From assembly GCA_963674945.2 (NCBI GenBank), contig CAXXWQ010000004.1, forward strand, positions 2,528,001 to 2,592,000: a stretch of 64,000 bases of DNA, read 5' to 3'. Shown piece by piece: positions 38,551 to 48,437 of this stretch. Position numbers and translations under genes: made by a program. Source of the stretch: an uncultured Desulfosarcina sp. Lineage in GTDB: Bacteria > Desulfobacterota > Desulfobacteria > Desulfobacterales > Desulfosarcinaceae. Every line of letters starts with the position of its first letter. Position 1 is the first letter of the stretch. A model generated the notes under the pieces. That model searched no databases and was not told where the DNA came from. It saw only the letters and a list, made by a program, of their open reading frames with translations.

Positions 38551-39135
38551 ATGGAAACCTTGCAGCCCCATCATGGTTTTGATAAACAGAATCAAACAAT
38601 ATTACGATTCTTTCTTCTTATGAGGCTTGCCATGAAGACGCTTCGACCCCCTTTGATTCTCGTCGCCTTTTTATCTTTCTCCGTTTTTCTTTTTTTCCTT
38701 ATCAGACTGACAGCCGCCGGCGATGAAATGAAACTGCTGAAATTGAAAGCATCCCACGGAGAGGATACGATCCGGGAGACCGGCGTATCCGAAATCGGCC
38801 AGGATCAATACAAAGCCATGACTTCGGCGAAAATCATCGCCCAGGCAAACCTGATGAGTACCATCGAAGGCACATTTATCGAAAGGATCGTTCGGACAAA
38901 CGGCGGAAAAAAAATTGGAGAGGAGATCCGAACCCGTGTTAAGGGGACCTTGGCCGGCGCAAAGCCTTGTGGTGCGGTGTATCATGCCGACCAAGGGTAT
39001 GCCGAAGTTTGCCTCGAAATCAAGCTCAAGGGAAAGGGCGGGCTGTACGAGGCCCTTTCTCCGTACACGTTTCGAAAAGTCGAAGGCGATCAGCAATACG
39101 AACTTACGGGCCCCGCCTCCGTTTTGCAGCAATAA
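38551..39135 (+). CDS. Exported protein, LPP20-like
   Basis: TM/signal segment and AKIIAQANLMSTIEG...VKGTLAGA pattern. True start may be 38620 or 38632. Confidence 0.55.
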   Translation: METLQPHHGFDKQNQTILRFFLLMRLAMKTLRPPLILVAFLSFSVFLFFLIRLTAAGDEMKLLKLKASHGEDTIRETGVSEIGQDQYKAMTSAKIIAQANLMSTIEGTFIERIVRTNGGKKIGEEIRTRVKGTLAGAKPCGAVYHADQGYAEVCLEIKLKGKGGLYEALSPYTFRKVEGDQQYELTGPASVLQQ

Positions 39136-39243
39136 AGCAGGCCCCCATTTGGCACATATTGTTTCTCAATCCATTTACGATCGTCTCACCGCACGCATCA
39201 ACCTCTTTCTTTCGGGAGCGCCGCCTTCCGAACGACTCGATGT

Positions 39244-40029
39244 TCATGATTCGACCGGATGAAACTTGAACAGCGGGCACCCTTTGCAGACATCCATTCC
39301 CGGCCAGGGTTTGAAGCCCTTGCCCAGGACGGAGGCACCGCCTTTTTCCACGCGCATGGCCTGCTGCTCGGCCGTCGGTGCGATGTGTTCGCCGGGAATG
39401 AAAACGTTGACATAATTCATCTCAGTTTTCCCGGATGTTTTGGAGCCGGCGCACATGGTGGTCATGTTGGCGGTCTGATTGTTGTAGGACCAGACGCTGC
39501 CGGCGCAGACGGCTGAATTGGGCGTGTGGAAGAAGTTCAGGTTGGCCCTTTTCATGGCTCCCATGTAATCGTTGAAAATGTGATAGGCCTGATAGGGAAC
39601 ACAGACGAAGAAAACGACATCGGGACCCGTTTCTACGTTATCGAAAGCGTCCAAGGGAGCCATGTAAATTGCCTTGCAGGCGCCCACTTCCAGCCGTGCC
39701 TTTTCCTGGGGGGCCTTCCAGGCCAACTCTTCGTCGACCAAATATTTCATGTGGCGCTGGGTATCGGCATCTTTTTCCAGTTCGCGGAAACCGAACACCG
39801 GATAGGCGTTCTGACAGAGCAGCTTCTCCGGCTTCATCAATAGTGCATAGCGCTCCTGCCGACAAGCGGCCAGAAACTGACAATAGGTGATTTTGGCGCC
39901 GGCCTGGTGGGTTACCGGCAGGCGTTCGATTTCCGCCTCGTCCATGACAAATCGAATGCCGACAGGGTCGAAGTCAAGACGCAGGTTCCAGATCATCTGT
40001 TCACGGATCGTTTTGAAATTCATTGACAT
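39244..40029 (-). CDS. DUF169 family Cys-rich protein
   Basis: DPVGIRF, TYCQF, PDVVFF, SAVCAGS and CAGS motifs. Confidence 0.8.
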   Translation of the reverse strand: MSMNFKTIREQMIWNLRLDFDPVGIRFVMDEAEIERLPVTHQAGAKITYCQFLAACRQERYALLMKPEKLLCQNAYPVFGFRELEKDADTQRHMKYLVDEELAWKAPQEKARLEVGACKAIYMAPLDAFDNVETGPDVVFFVCVPYQAYHIFNDYMGAMKRANLNFFHTPNSAVCAGSVWSYNNQTANMTTMCAGSKTSGKTEMNYVNVFIPGEHIAPTAEQQAMRVEKGGASVLGKGFKPWPGMDVCKGCPLFKFHPVES

Positions 40030-40313
40030 ACATCACTCTCCTTGTTGGTGACGGAGGCGTTGAAAAGCAGGTTCCGCCGATTGAACAACGAAACCAGGTT
40101 TACGGAACCGTCATGGATCATAACATTGGGAGGCACAATACCCCGGTCATGGAGATATGCCCGCCGGCTCAATTGCAGGGAGGTTTCCTACCAAAAGCGA
40201 AAACCTTTGGCAAACTTTTTTGAGCATTTTCTTAAAAGTAATTGTTCCGTATCACTCGGCCATGAGGATATACAGGCGATTCCATGGGAACGCAGTGATT
40301 GACGTTTTCACAA

Positions 40314-43300
40314 TCACGCCATATCCGGTCGGGACAGGGTCCCCACGCTTGACGAATGGGATACGCATTTTTCCCTTCGTCCGAACAGCCTGCCGATATC
40401 CTCCAACACCAGATAGAACGACGGCACCATGATCAGGGTAATCAACGTGGCAAACACAACACCGAATCCCAGGGAGATGGCCATGGGGATCATCATCCGT
40501 GCCTGGAAGGATGTTTCCGTGATCATGGGCATCAACCCCCCGAATGTGGTTACGGTGGTCAGCAGGATCGGCCGAAACCGCTGGATGCCGGCGCCGTGCA
40601 CCGCCTCTTTGGGGGCCATGCCGGACCGGACATTGCGATTGGCCAAATCGATGAGCACCAGCGCGTCGTTGACCACCACGCCGGACAGGGCCACCACACC
40701 GAAGATGCTGTTTAACGAAAGGGCGTAGCCCATCAGCAGATGCCCGAAGATGGCGCCGATGACACCGAAGGGAATGCTGCACATGATGATCAGGGGCTGT
40801 GTGTAGCTTTTAAACGGTATCGCCAGCAATGCATAAATGCAAAAAAGGGCCAGGAGCGATCCTGTCGCCAGGGCGCCAAGGCTTTCGCGCATGTCGGCCT
40901 GGTGCCCTTCGAAGCTGAAGGAAAGGCCCGGATACCGGCCGGTCAAGGCCGGAAGAAGCGTCGATTTCAGTTCCCGGATGATATTTTCCGCCTGGGACGG
41001 CGGGTTCACATTGGCCGTCACGGTGATGTCCCGTCGGCCGTTGGAGCGTTCGATGGCGGTATAGGCCCTGCCGGCGGTCAAATGCACCGCATCGCGCAGA
41101 TAGACCTCCCCTTCGGGCGCCTGCAAAATCAGGTTCTCCAGGGTGGCTTCGGATCGACGTTCATCTTCGGGAAGACTCACACGAACGGTGACCTCATTGC
41201 GTCCGCGCTGCTGATGAACGGCTTCGACACCTTGGAAGGCATTGCGCACCTGCCGGGCCACGGATTGGGAGGTAAGCCCCATCCGTTCTCCCAGGGGACG
41301 CAGCCGGATGTCGTACTGTCTCTTTCCCCGTGCCGATCCGTCATCGATATCCGAAACGATGGAGAATTGGGACAATTGCCGTGCCATTTCCCTGCCTGCG
41401 TTTTCCAACATCTGGGTATCGCTGTGGCTGAGCATGACGGTCAGGTTTTTGCCCGCACCCGGCCCCCCCATGTTGGATTCGAAACGAATCGTTTCCAATC
41501 CGGCGATGGTTCCGGCACGCCGGCGCCATCGGTCGACCATCTGTGATGTGGAGATGGGACGCTGATCGGCCGGGGTGAGAAAGACGCGCACCGTTACGCC
41601 ATTGTCGGCCACATTGCTGAGCACCCCTTTTGCCAGTTCGATGCCGCCATTTTCGTCGATCACCGCCCGGGCTGCATCCACCAATTGTTTTTCGATGGTC
41701 CTCAAGCGCGCCTCGGCCGTGCCGTAGGGAAGGGTTGCCGAGCAATAGGCAAAATCCGACTCGCTTTTCGGAAACATCTCCAATCCCATTCGTCCCGATG
41801 CCACGTACCCGGCCAGGGCCAATATCATGGCGATGCCGGCGGCCAACACCGTGTACCGTTGACTGAGAAATAAACCGAGGAGGGCACCGTATCGGTCGCG
41901 GACGAAACGCTCGAAGGCATCGCTGAACCGTTCCTGCCAGCGTTGCAGGTGATGGAACGGCCAGATCATCCGCCCCCTTCGACTGTGCCCCAGGTGGGCC
42001 GGCAGGATGAACAGGCTTTCGATGAGGGAGACAAAAAACACCGCGGCGACCACCAGTGGAATCACCTTGAAGATTTTGCCCATGAATCCGGGGACAAACA
42101 TGAGCGGCATGAAGGCCACGAGGTTGGTGAGTACGGAAAACACCACCGGCATGGCCATTTCCCGGGTTCCGGCCACGGCCGCCGGAAGAAAGGCAACCCC
42201 CTTGCGACGCCAGTGGTAGATGTTTTCCCCCACCACCACGGCGTCGTCGACCACGATCCCCAGGGTCACGATAAAGGCGAACATGCTGATGATGCTGATG
42301 ATGTTGATGGAAAAATCCGTGGTCGAGAGAAACAAAAAGGAACCCACGAAGGAGATGGGAATACCAAGGCTCACCCAGAAGGCGAGGCGGGTTTCCAGAA
42401 ACAGGGCCAGAAAAATGAAAACCAGAATCAGCCCCTGGAAGGCGTTTTTCACGAGCAAGGTCGCGCGCTGGGAAAACACTTTGCTGTGATCTTCCAATAC
42501 GGTCAGTCGCAGTCCCTGGGGCAGGCTGCCGTTGAGTTTGTCAACGACAGTCCTTCCGGCTTCGGCGACCTCGGTGGGCGTCTGATCACCCACCCGGTAG
42601 ACCTCGATGATGACGGCGGGATCGCCGTCGAAGGCGGCCCAAGTGTTTGAATCTTCGAAACCCTCCCGGATCGTCGCCACATCACCGAGCAATGGCCGGG
42701 ATCCGTCGGACCGGGTCAACAGGGGAAGATGTGCGTATTGAAAAACATCTTCCCGGCGGTCCTTGACGCGCACCAGGATATCGCCACCGGATGTCTTCAG
42801 ACGTCCCCCTCCCAGTTCCACGGAAGATGCGGCGATGGCGTCGGCGACATCGGCCAGCGTGATGCCATACCGCCGCAAGGTGGCCTGGGGAATCTCCACC
42901 TGAATCTCCAGATCCTTGACACCGGTAAGTTCCACCTGGGTGATGTGAGAGTCGCGCAACAACCGGTCCCGCACCGTATCCGCCGCCGATCGCAGGGTTA
43001 CCGGATCCACATCTCCGTGCAGGGCCAGGGTCAACACGCCCCGTTTGTGATCGGCAATGGCGACCTGGGGATCATTGGCCTCGTCCGGAAAGGTGTCGAT
43101 GCGGTCCACTTCACTCTTGATCTCCTGCCACACACGGGTGACATCGGTGCCTTCCCGAACATCGACGGTGATGCTGGCACTTCCTTCGGTGGCGGTGGAG
43201 GTGATCTCATCGATTCCCTCCAGGTCTTCGATTGCCTCTTCCACGGCCAGTACGATACCGTTCTCCACCTCTTCCGGGCTGGCGCCGGGATAGCCAACGT

Positions 43301-43472
43301 TGATCCGGACCACGTCCATGGTGAAATCGGGAAAGACCTCCTGTTTTACCTGCCACCCGACGATGAGTCCTCCCACGAGAAAAACGAACATCAGCAGGTT
43401 GGCGACGACGCTGTTGCCCGCCATCCACGCCAGCGGGCCGCGGTCGATGGTGTTATGTTGCCTGGTTTTCAT
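40314..43472 (-). CDS. RND efflux permease (AcrB/AcrD/AcrF family)
   Basis: YPGASPEEVE, GIVVDDAVVVGENI and RFRPILLTT motifs. Confidence 0.96.
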   Translation of the reverse strand: MKTRQHNTIDRGPLAWMAGNSVVANLLMFVFLVGGLIVGWQVKQEVFPDFTMDVVRINVGYPGASPEEVENGIVLAVEEAIEDLEGIDEITSTATEGSASITVDVREGTDVTRVWQEIKSEVDRIDTFPDEANDPQVAIADHKRGVLTLALHGDVDPVTLRSAADTVRDRLLRDSHITQVELTGVKDLEIQVEIPQATLRRYGITLADVADAIAASSVELGGGRLKTSGGDILVRVKDRREDVFQYAHLPLLTRSDGSRPLLGDVATIREGFEDSNTWAAFDGDPAVIIEVYRVGDQTPTEVAEAGRTVVDKLNGSLPQGLRLTVLEDHSKVFSQRATLLVKNAFQGLILVFIFLALFLETRLAFWVSLGIPISFVGSFLFLSTTDFSINIISIISMFAFIVTLGIVVDDAVVVGENIYHWRRKGVAFLPAAVAGTREMAMPVVFSVLTNLVAFMPLMFVPGFMGKIFKVIPLVVAAVFFVSLIESLFILPAHLGHSRRGRMIWPFHHLQRWQERFSDAFERFVRDRYGALLGLFLSQRYTVLAAGIAMILALAGYVASGRMGLEMFPKSESDFAYCSATLPYGTAEARLRTIEKQLVDAARAVIDENGGIELAKGVLSNVADNGVTVRVFLTPADQRPISTSQMVDRWRRRAGTIAGLETIRFESNMGGPGAGKNLTVMLSHSDTQMLENAGREMARQLSQFSIVSDIDDGSARGKRQYDIRLRPLGERMGLTSQSVARQVRNAFQGVEAVHQQRGRNEVTVRVSLPEDERRSEATLENLILQAPEGEVYLRDAVHLTAGRAYTAIERSNGRRDITVTANVNPPSQAENIIRELKSTLLPALTGRYPGLSFSFEGHQADMRESLGALATGSLLALFCIYALLAIPFKSYTQPLIIMCSIPFGVIGAIFGHLLMGYALSLNSIFGVVALSGVVVNDALVLIDLANRNVRSGMAPKEAVHGAGIQRFRPILLTTVTTFGGLMPMITETSFQARMMIPMAISLGFGVVFATLITLIMVPSFYLVLEDIGRLFGRREKCVSHSSSVGTLSRPDMA

Positions 43473-44680
43473 GAATCTGCTCGCTTATCGTCTGTTTCCA
43501 TTGCCGGCCTGTCATCGGCTACATCTGCTGTTTTCAACGCCATGCCCGGAACCGGTGTGGATAGATTCGAAACCACCACCAGCTCACCCGATTGTACGCC
43601 GTTGAGCAAAAAGACCTTGTCGGCGTTCTTCCATGCCACGGTGACTTTCCGGATATCCAAGGCGCTTTCATGGTTGATCCAGACGGTGTCATCGTCCTGC
43701 AGGGCGGCCCGCGGCAATTCGATGACGTCGGTCAGCGCGCGACCGGTGATGTCGGCGTAGACGTAGTCATCGATCATCAAAGGCGTCCTGCCCCTCTCCA
43801 GCGGATTGGCCACCGACAGGATCACCGTGGCCATCCGGCTGGATTCGTTCAACTTGCCGGCGATCTGAACCACCCGGGCGTCCCAGGTTCCGCCACCGCT
43901 TTGGGATCGGATCACCGCCGTGCAGCCACCCGGGGCGTCGAGGTCGATCAGGGAGAGCTGATCCAAGGGGACAACCGCTTCGATCCAGAACGCATCCGTC
44001 CCGACCAGCGTTGCCAGACTCTCCTGTGATCCCACGTAAGCACCCACGTCGACGCTGCGTGAAACGATCATGGCGTTAAACGGCGCTTTCACCATCGTTC
44101 GATTCAAATTCAGCATGGCCTGACGAAGGTCCGCTTCGGCACTTTCGACGGCGGCCTGGGCCTGCAATAGCTGTGGTTTTCGCAATGCAAGGTCTTTTTC
44201 GACCACCGTTTCGGCCGACAATTCGGAAAATAACTTCAACTCCTCCCGGGCGATATTCTGGCTTCCCTGCTCGATGGCAAGGGACGCCTTTGCATCGGCG
44301 AGGGCACTTTTCGCCTTCATGACCGCCACCTCATAATCGGTGGGATCCAGCATCAGCAGATTTTCGCCCTTTTTCATCCGCCCCCCGGGAACGTACCGGT
44401 CCGACACATCCCGGACGACGCCGGAAACCTGAGCCTTTACGGTCACCTCCCGCGCGGGAACCACGGTTCCCATGGCGGAGACGACGGTTCGCGCATCTTT
44501 CCGGTGAACCCTTTGAACGTCCACCACGAAAACCTCCCGCTTCGGTGGTGATTTTTTCATTACCGGTACCGTGGACGTAAAGTAGGACCACGCCGCACCG
44601 CCGGCCACGATCAGCATCACGGGAATCAGCACCTGGATGGATCTGGCAATAAATGATGAAATTTTTTTGTTTTCCGACAT
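43469..44680 (-). CDS. RND membrane fusion protein
   Basis: TM anchor, MGTV.P, VKAQVSG and APFNA motifs. ATG 44680 with GGAG upstream. Confidence 0.93.
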   Translation of the reverse strand: MSENKKISSFIARSIQVLIPVMLIVAGGAAWSYFTSTVPVMKKSPPKREVFVVDVQRVHRKDARTVVSAMGTVVPAREVTVKAQVSGVVRDVSDRYVPGGRMKKGENLLMLDPTDYEVAVMKAKSALADAKASLAIEQGSQNIAREELKLFSELSAETVVEKDLALRKPQLLQAQAAVESAEADLRQAMLNLNRTMVKAPFNAMIVSRSVDVGAYVGSQESLATLVGTDAFWIEAVVPLDQLSLIDLDAPGGCTAVIRSQSGGGTWDARVVQIAGKLNESSRMATVILSVANPLERGRTPLMIDDYVYADITGRALTDVIELPRAALQDDDTVWINHESALDIRKVTVAWKNADKVFLLNGVQSGELVVVSNLSTPVPGMALKTADVADDRPAMETDDKRADS

Positions 44681-44807
44681 ATCGCTATTTCTCCGTAACT
44701 TTAGGCACTTTAGCGCACTATAGGCACTTCTCCCCCCCTTCCCCGTGTTCATCATTCAGCAGGACAAGCCCATGCCCTTTATCAAATCTACATGCAATCA
44801 CCTCGTT

Positions 44808-46241
44808 TCATCGAGGAAGTGGCGTTTTCCGAATCGATTGGGCATTTTCGCCGGTCATCACGGCATCGTGCCAGTCACCCCCCAGGGCCCGGTACAAGGT
44901 GACCCGGTTCTGGATCAGGATGGCGTGTTCGCTCACCAATTGCCGTTCCAACTCTTGGAAGCTGGTCCAGGCCGTGAGGTAATCGATATAGTTACCCTGT
45001 CCATTGGTGTACTGAAGGCGGGCGTCCTTCATGGTCAGCCGTGAGGTCTTGCGCCGATCCTCCAGCAGTTCGAGGTATTCCTGCTGCCGCATTTCAGTGA
45101 CGAGGCCGTCTTCCACCTCCTGGATCGCCTCGGCCACGACCCGGGCATAGACGGTCAAGGTCTCTTCGACCACAGCCTGAGTGCGCGCCAATTCGGCCGA
45201 TCGAAAACCGCCATCGAAGATTGGCCCGGTGACGCCGGCCGCCAGGGACGCCACCCAATTGCCGAACAACAGATCGATGGTATCGCTGGAAAAGGCAATG
45301 GAGGGACTCAGGGTAATGGCCGGCAACCGGTCTGCCCTTGCTGCGCTGACTTGCCAATCCGATGCGGATAGGCGCAGTCCCGCCGCACGGATATCGGGGC
45401 GGCGCGCCAGGAGGTCGGCGGGCAGACCGGTTGCCGGCAGGGGGATCGGTTCCGGCAGGACGGTTTGGGAAATGGTAAGGTTGCTCTCAGTGCTTTGTCC
45501 CAACAGGAGGGCCAGTGCGTTTCTCTGCTTTTGTTCGGCCAACTGCAGGGGCGGCAGATTGGCCCTGGCCGCGGCAAGGACTTCGCGCTGTTGGGAAACA
45601 TCCAATGCGTCGGCCTGGCCGTTGACGAAACGAAGCTCCAGTATCTTCAGCATCTTCTGGTTGATCTGGATCTGATCCTGTAAAATCGCAATCTGCCGGC
45701 GAAGGGAGAGAGTCTCGACCCAGGCCGTCACCACTTCGGCCGCTACGGTGACGGCTGCCGCTTCCAGGTCCTTGCCGACTGCTTCATACTCCAGGGTCTC
45801 CGACTTCCGGGCTGCATTCAACCGCCCCCACAGGTCGAGTTCGTATGCCGCGCTCACGCCGGCAGAAAATGTTTGGTCGTCTGAACGGCGGGTTCCGGTT
45901 TCATCGGTTTTGGTCTGAGTCCGGCCGACCTCGGCACCGGCGCCGTATTCGACGCTTGGCATAAGATCAGCACCGGCCTGGCGCGCCACTGCATCTGCCT
46001 GCTTCAATCGCGACCAGGCCGTTCGGATGTCGAAGTTATCGGCAAGTGCCACCTCCACCAGCCGGTTCAGTTCGTCACTGCCGAAGGCTTCCCACCACTT
46101 GCCGGGGCCGGGATCATCGGCGACGAACAGAGAGTATCGATCCGGAACGGCGATGGGTGGTTCCGTCCGAACCGCCGGTTCAAACGTGGCGCAGCAGGCA
46201 ACGGCAAACAGGGTGATGACAAGGCAAACGTATCGAAACAT
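44808..46241 (-). CDS. Outer-membrane efflux lipoprotein (OprM/TolC family)
   Basis: Lipobox, YELDLWG, LLARRPDIRAA and LYRALGGDW motifs. Confidence 0.95.
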   Translation of the reverse strand: MFRYVCLVITLFAVACCATFEPAVRTEPPIAVPDRYSLFVADDPGPGKWWEAFGSDELNRLVEVALADNFDIRTAWSRLKQADAVARQAGADLMPSVEYGAGAEVGRTQTKTDETGTRRSDDQTFSAGVSAAYELDLWGRLNAARKSETLEYEAVGKDLEAAAVTVAAEVVTAWVETLSLRRQIAILQDQIQINQKMLKILELRFVNGQADALDVSQQREVLAAARANLPPLQLAEQKQRNALALLLGQSTESNLTISQTVLPEPIPLPATGLPADLLARRPDIRAAGLRLSASDWQVSAARADRLPAITLSPSIAFSSDTIDLLFGNWVASLAAGVTGPIFDGGFRSAELARTQAVVEETLTVYARVVAEAIQEVEDGLVTEMRQQEYLELLEDRRKTSRLTMKDARLQYTNGQGNYIDYLTAWTSFQELERQLVSEHAILIQNRVTLYRALGGDWHDAVMTGENAQSIRKTPLPR

Positions 46242-46292
46242 GGTCTCTCCATCCGTTATCCGCGATAAATTTATCGCGGTTTGTCATTAGGT

Positions 46293-46318
46293 AACGGATG
46301 GGGAGAGAAAAACTTGCG
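46293..46318 (-). promoter_or_regulatory. Putative ECF sigma promoter of the RND operon
   Basis: Minus strand CGCAAGT-N12-ATCCGTT; same motif and spacing as 48365-48390. Confidence 0.65.
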
Positions 46319-46520
46319 TAAAAAAATTCGGACCCGAAGAAATTTGTGTTTGGCGGGGATCGTACTATATGAAGTTTAAGTAAATATTTTTGGCGAAGCC
46401 ATTAAACGGTGAAACGCCCAATTTGGGTTAAAGTAGCTAAATATCTTTTTGCGATGTCAATGTTTTCCCGCATAATTTAACATCATCATTTTCCGCTACA
46501 TCAAAAGGTGTATAATTATT

Positions 46521-46910
46521 CTAATCTTTACTCTTTACATCGGCACCTGATTTTATCAGGTACTTCACAACATCTAAATGCCCTTTTTTCGCGGCTTCAT
46601 GAAGAGGAGTCGAACCAATATTGTCTGTAACATTGACATCTGCTTTTAAATCAATCAGATATTTTACAATTTCAAAATGGCCTTCTGCCGCCGCCCAGTG
46701 CAAGGGTGTTTGATTGAAATCATTTTGCATATTGATATCCCACCCATCTTTCAACAAACCTTTGACGGATTCAATATCGCCCTCTTTTGCAGCAGAATAC
46801 AGCTGAGTGAGATCCGGTTGTTTTGTTCTACGCATATTCCTTAACTCCTCAGATAGAGCTGGATTACAATATAGAATTGAAAAAAACAGAACCATTATAA
46901 TTAATCGCAT
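46521..46910 (-). CDS. Exported ankyrin repeat protein, apparently cut short by an in-frame TAG
   Basis: TPLHWAAAEGH and TPLHEAAKKGH repeats; signal peptide; AT-rich. The repeat pattern continues after the stop. Confidence 0.8.
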   Translation of the reverse strand: MRLIIMVLFFSILYCNPALSEELRNMRRTKQPDLTQLYSAAKEGDIESVKGLLKDGWDINMQNDFNQTPLHWAAAEGHFEIVKYLIDLKADVNVTDNIGSTPLHEAAKKGHLDVVKYLIKSGADVKSKD

Positions 46911-47464
46911 TTCATCCTTTTCTCGCCCAAACGGCTTTTCAGCGTTCTGCGGGCGCGTACCAGCAGGGATTCGACGGCACTGACCGAAAGTTCCATTACG
47001 TCGGCGATCTCTTTATAGCCAAGCTGCTCCGTATGGCGCAGAAGCAGTGCCGTGCGCTGGTTGACGGGGAGGTTGCCCATGGCCGTTTCCAGGTGTTGGA
47101 CGGCGATGGCGCCCTCCAACAGGTCGAGAGGGGTCTCCTGGGAGGGGAGATCGGGCAGTTCGTCCACCAGTTCGGGGCGTTTCTTACGAAGGTGATCGAT
47201 GCAGATATTTTTTGTGATCCGGATCAGGTAGGCACGCAGGGAGGCATGGGGACGATATCGGTGTGCGGCTCTGTAGAGACGGAGGAAGGTCTCCTGGGAG
47301 GCATCCTCGGCCGCCTGGGTGTCGCTGAGCATACGGCAGGCAAAGCCGTAAACGGCATCCTGATGACGATACAGCAGTTCGGCGAATGAACGTTCATCAC
47401 CTTCGGCGACCCGAGAGACCAGGTCGGCATCACTCCGGTGAGTGTTACGAGAGCGGAATATCAT
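46901..47464 (-). CDS. ECF sigma factor (sigma70 group 4)
   Basis: AEDASQETFLR, NICIDHLRK and YKEIADVM..SVSAVESLL.RAR motifs. Confidence 0.95.
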   Translation of the reverse strand: MIFRSRNTHRSDADLVSRVAEGDERSFAELLYRHQDAVYGFACRMLSDTQAAEDASQETFLRLYRAAHRYRPHASLRAYLIRITKNICIDHLRKKRPELVDELPDLPSQETPLDLLEGAIAVQHLETAMGNLPVNQRTALLLRHTEQLGYKEIADVMELSVSAVESLLVRARRTLKSRLGEKRMKCD

Positions 47465-47925
47465 CGGCGATGGTTTTGCGCCTTTTTCTCCAGATGATCG
47501 AGCAGGAGGGAAAAGTATAAGGCGCCCTTTTCGTCACCCAACTTGATTCGCATGTCCATCATGTGTGCCGCGAATGCCCGGACCTTTTTCTTTTCATAGG
47601 ATTCGACGGTCTCGACGACCCCATTGAACCGATCGGTATCCAGCGGTCCGTCTTTTGCCAGAACCCGAATTACATCCCCGCGGGCCTGTCGAAGGTCTTT
47701 GTCAAGCCCATCAATGGTGGTGCTGAATTCGGTGACGTTGTCGAGCACGGTGCGTTCCTGCTTTGCCGGCAGGTCCAATTGGTCCACGATTGTCACGATC
47801 TCATGCCATATACGTTCGTGGCGGGAAGCCGGGTGGTAAAGGAACATCACGATGGCCGCTGCCACGAAACCGATGTTCAATGCCACCGAAAAAAAAATCA
47901 GCAGCCTCTTGTGAAAAAGTCTCAC
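47461..47925 (-). CDS. Periplasmic heavy-metal sensor / CpxP-ZraP-like protein
   Basis: GTG start overlapping the anti-sigma stop; SVALNIGFV TM motif then helical QLDL..KQ segment. Confidence 0.75.
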   Translation of the reverse strand: MRLFHKRLLIFFSVALNIGFVAAAIVMFLYHPASRHERIWHEIVTIVDQLDLPAKQERTVLDNVTEFSTTIDGLDKDLRQARGDVIRVLAKDGPLDTDRFNGVVETVESYEKKKVRAFAAHMMDMRIKLGDEKGALYFSLLLDHLEKKAQNHRR

Positions 47926-48329
47926 GGAAAGATTCCTCTGCTGGCGTAAAGGGTTTGATAGGGATTGCTTCCAACACCGGCGCCGGACGGAACAAGAGTA
48001 GAGCCCAATACCACACCGAACAGCAGGCCGGCCGCGACGGCACCGCAGACCGCGCCGCGCATGGTCAGGCTCAGCTTGCGCCACCACTGGGCCAGGTCCG
48101 GTCTCTCCAGTCCGGCCACGAAGGCCCGTCGAGTTTTGCGGGTTAGCCTGGATGGCGCGGTAATCGTGGAAAGTTCGGCCAGGGCGGTGACGATCCGTCC
48201 GAGGGATTCGGCTTCTCTCCGACATCCGGGACACCCTCGGAGGTGATGGTCCACCTCCTGGCTCTCTTCCGGTGCCAATTCACCGTCGATCCAGGCATCC
48301 AGACGCTTTTTGACGTCATCACAGTGCAT
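47922..48329 (-). CDS. Zinc-binding anti-sigma factor (zf-HC2)
   Basis: MHC...LDAWIDGEL...HLRGCPGC (HxxxCxxC) plus one TM helix. Confidence 0.92.
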   Translation of the reverse strand: MHCDDVKKRLDAWIDGELAPEESQEVDHHLRGCPGCRREAESLGRIVTALAELSTITAPSRLTRKTRRAFVAGLERPDLAQWWRKLSLTMRGAVCGAVAAGLLFGVVLGSTLVPSGAGVGSNPYQTLYASRGIFP

Positions 48330-48364
48330 ATCCGCCTCCGTTTTCGTTACTATTCAAAAATATA

Positions 48365-48390
48365 AACGGATATTCCAACGATTACCTGCG
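48365..48390 (-). promoter_or_regulatory. Putative autoregulated ECF promoter
   Basis: Minus strand CGCAGGT-N12-ATCCGTT, 35 nt upstream of the anti-sigma ATG. Confidence 0.65.
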
Positions 48391-48437
48391 CAACTTTTTT
48401 TTCGGGTATCCGAATACGATGTATGATAAAGGAATTT

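Noticed and set aside
47926..48234. Long N-terminal extension of the periplasmic sensor ORF
   Set aside because: It overlaps the anti-sigma gene; GTG 47925 coupled to the anti-sigma stop is more plausible.
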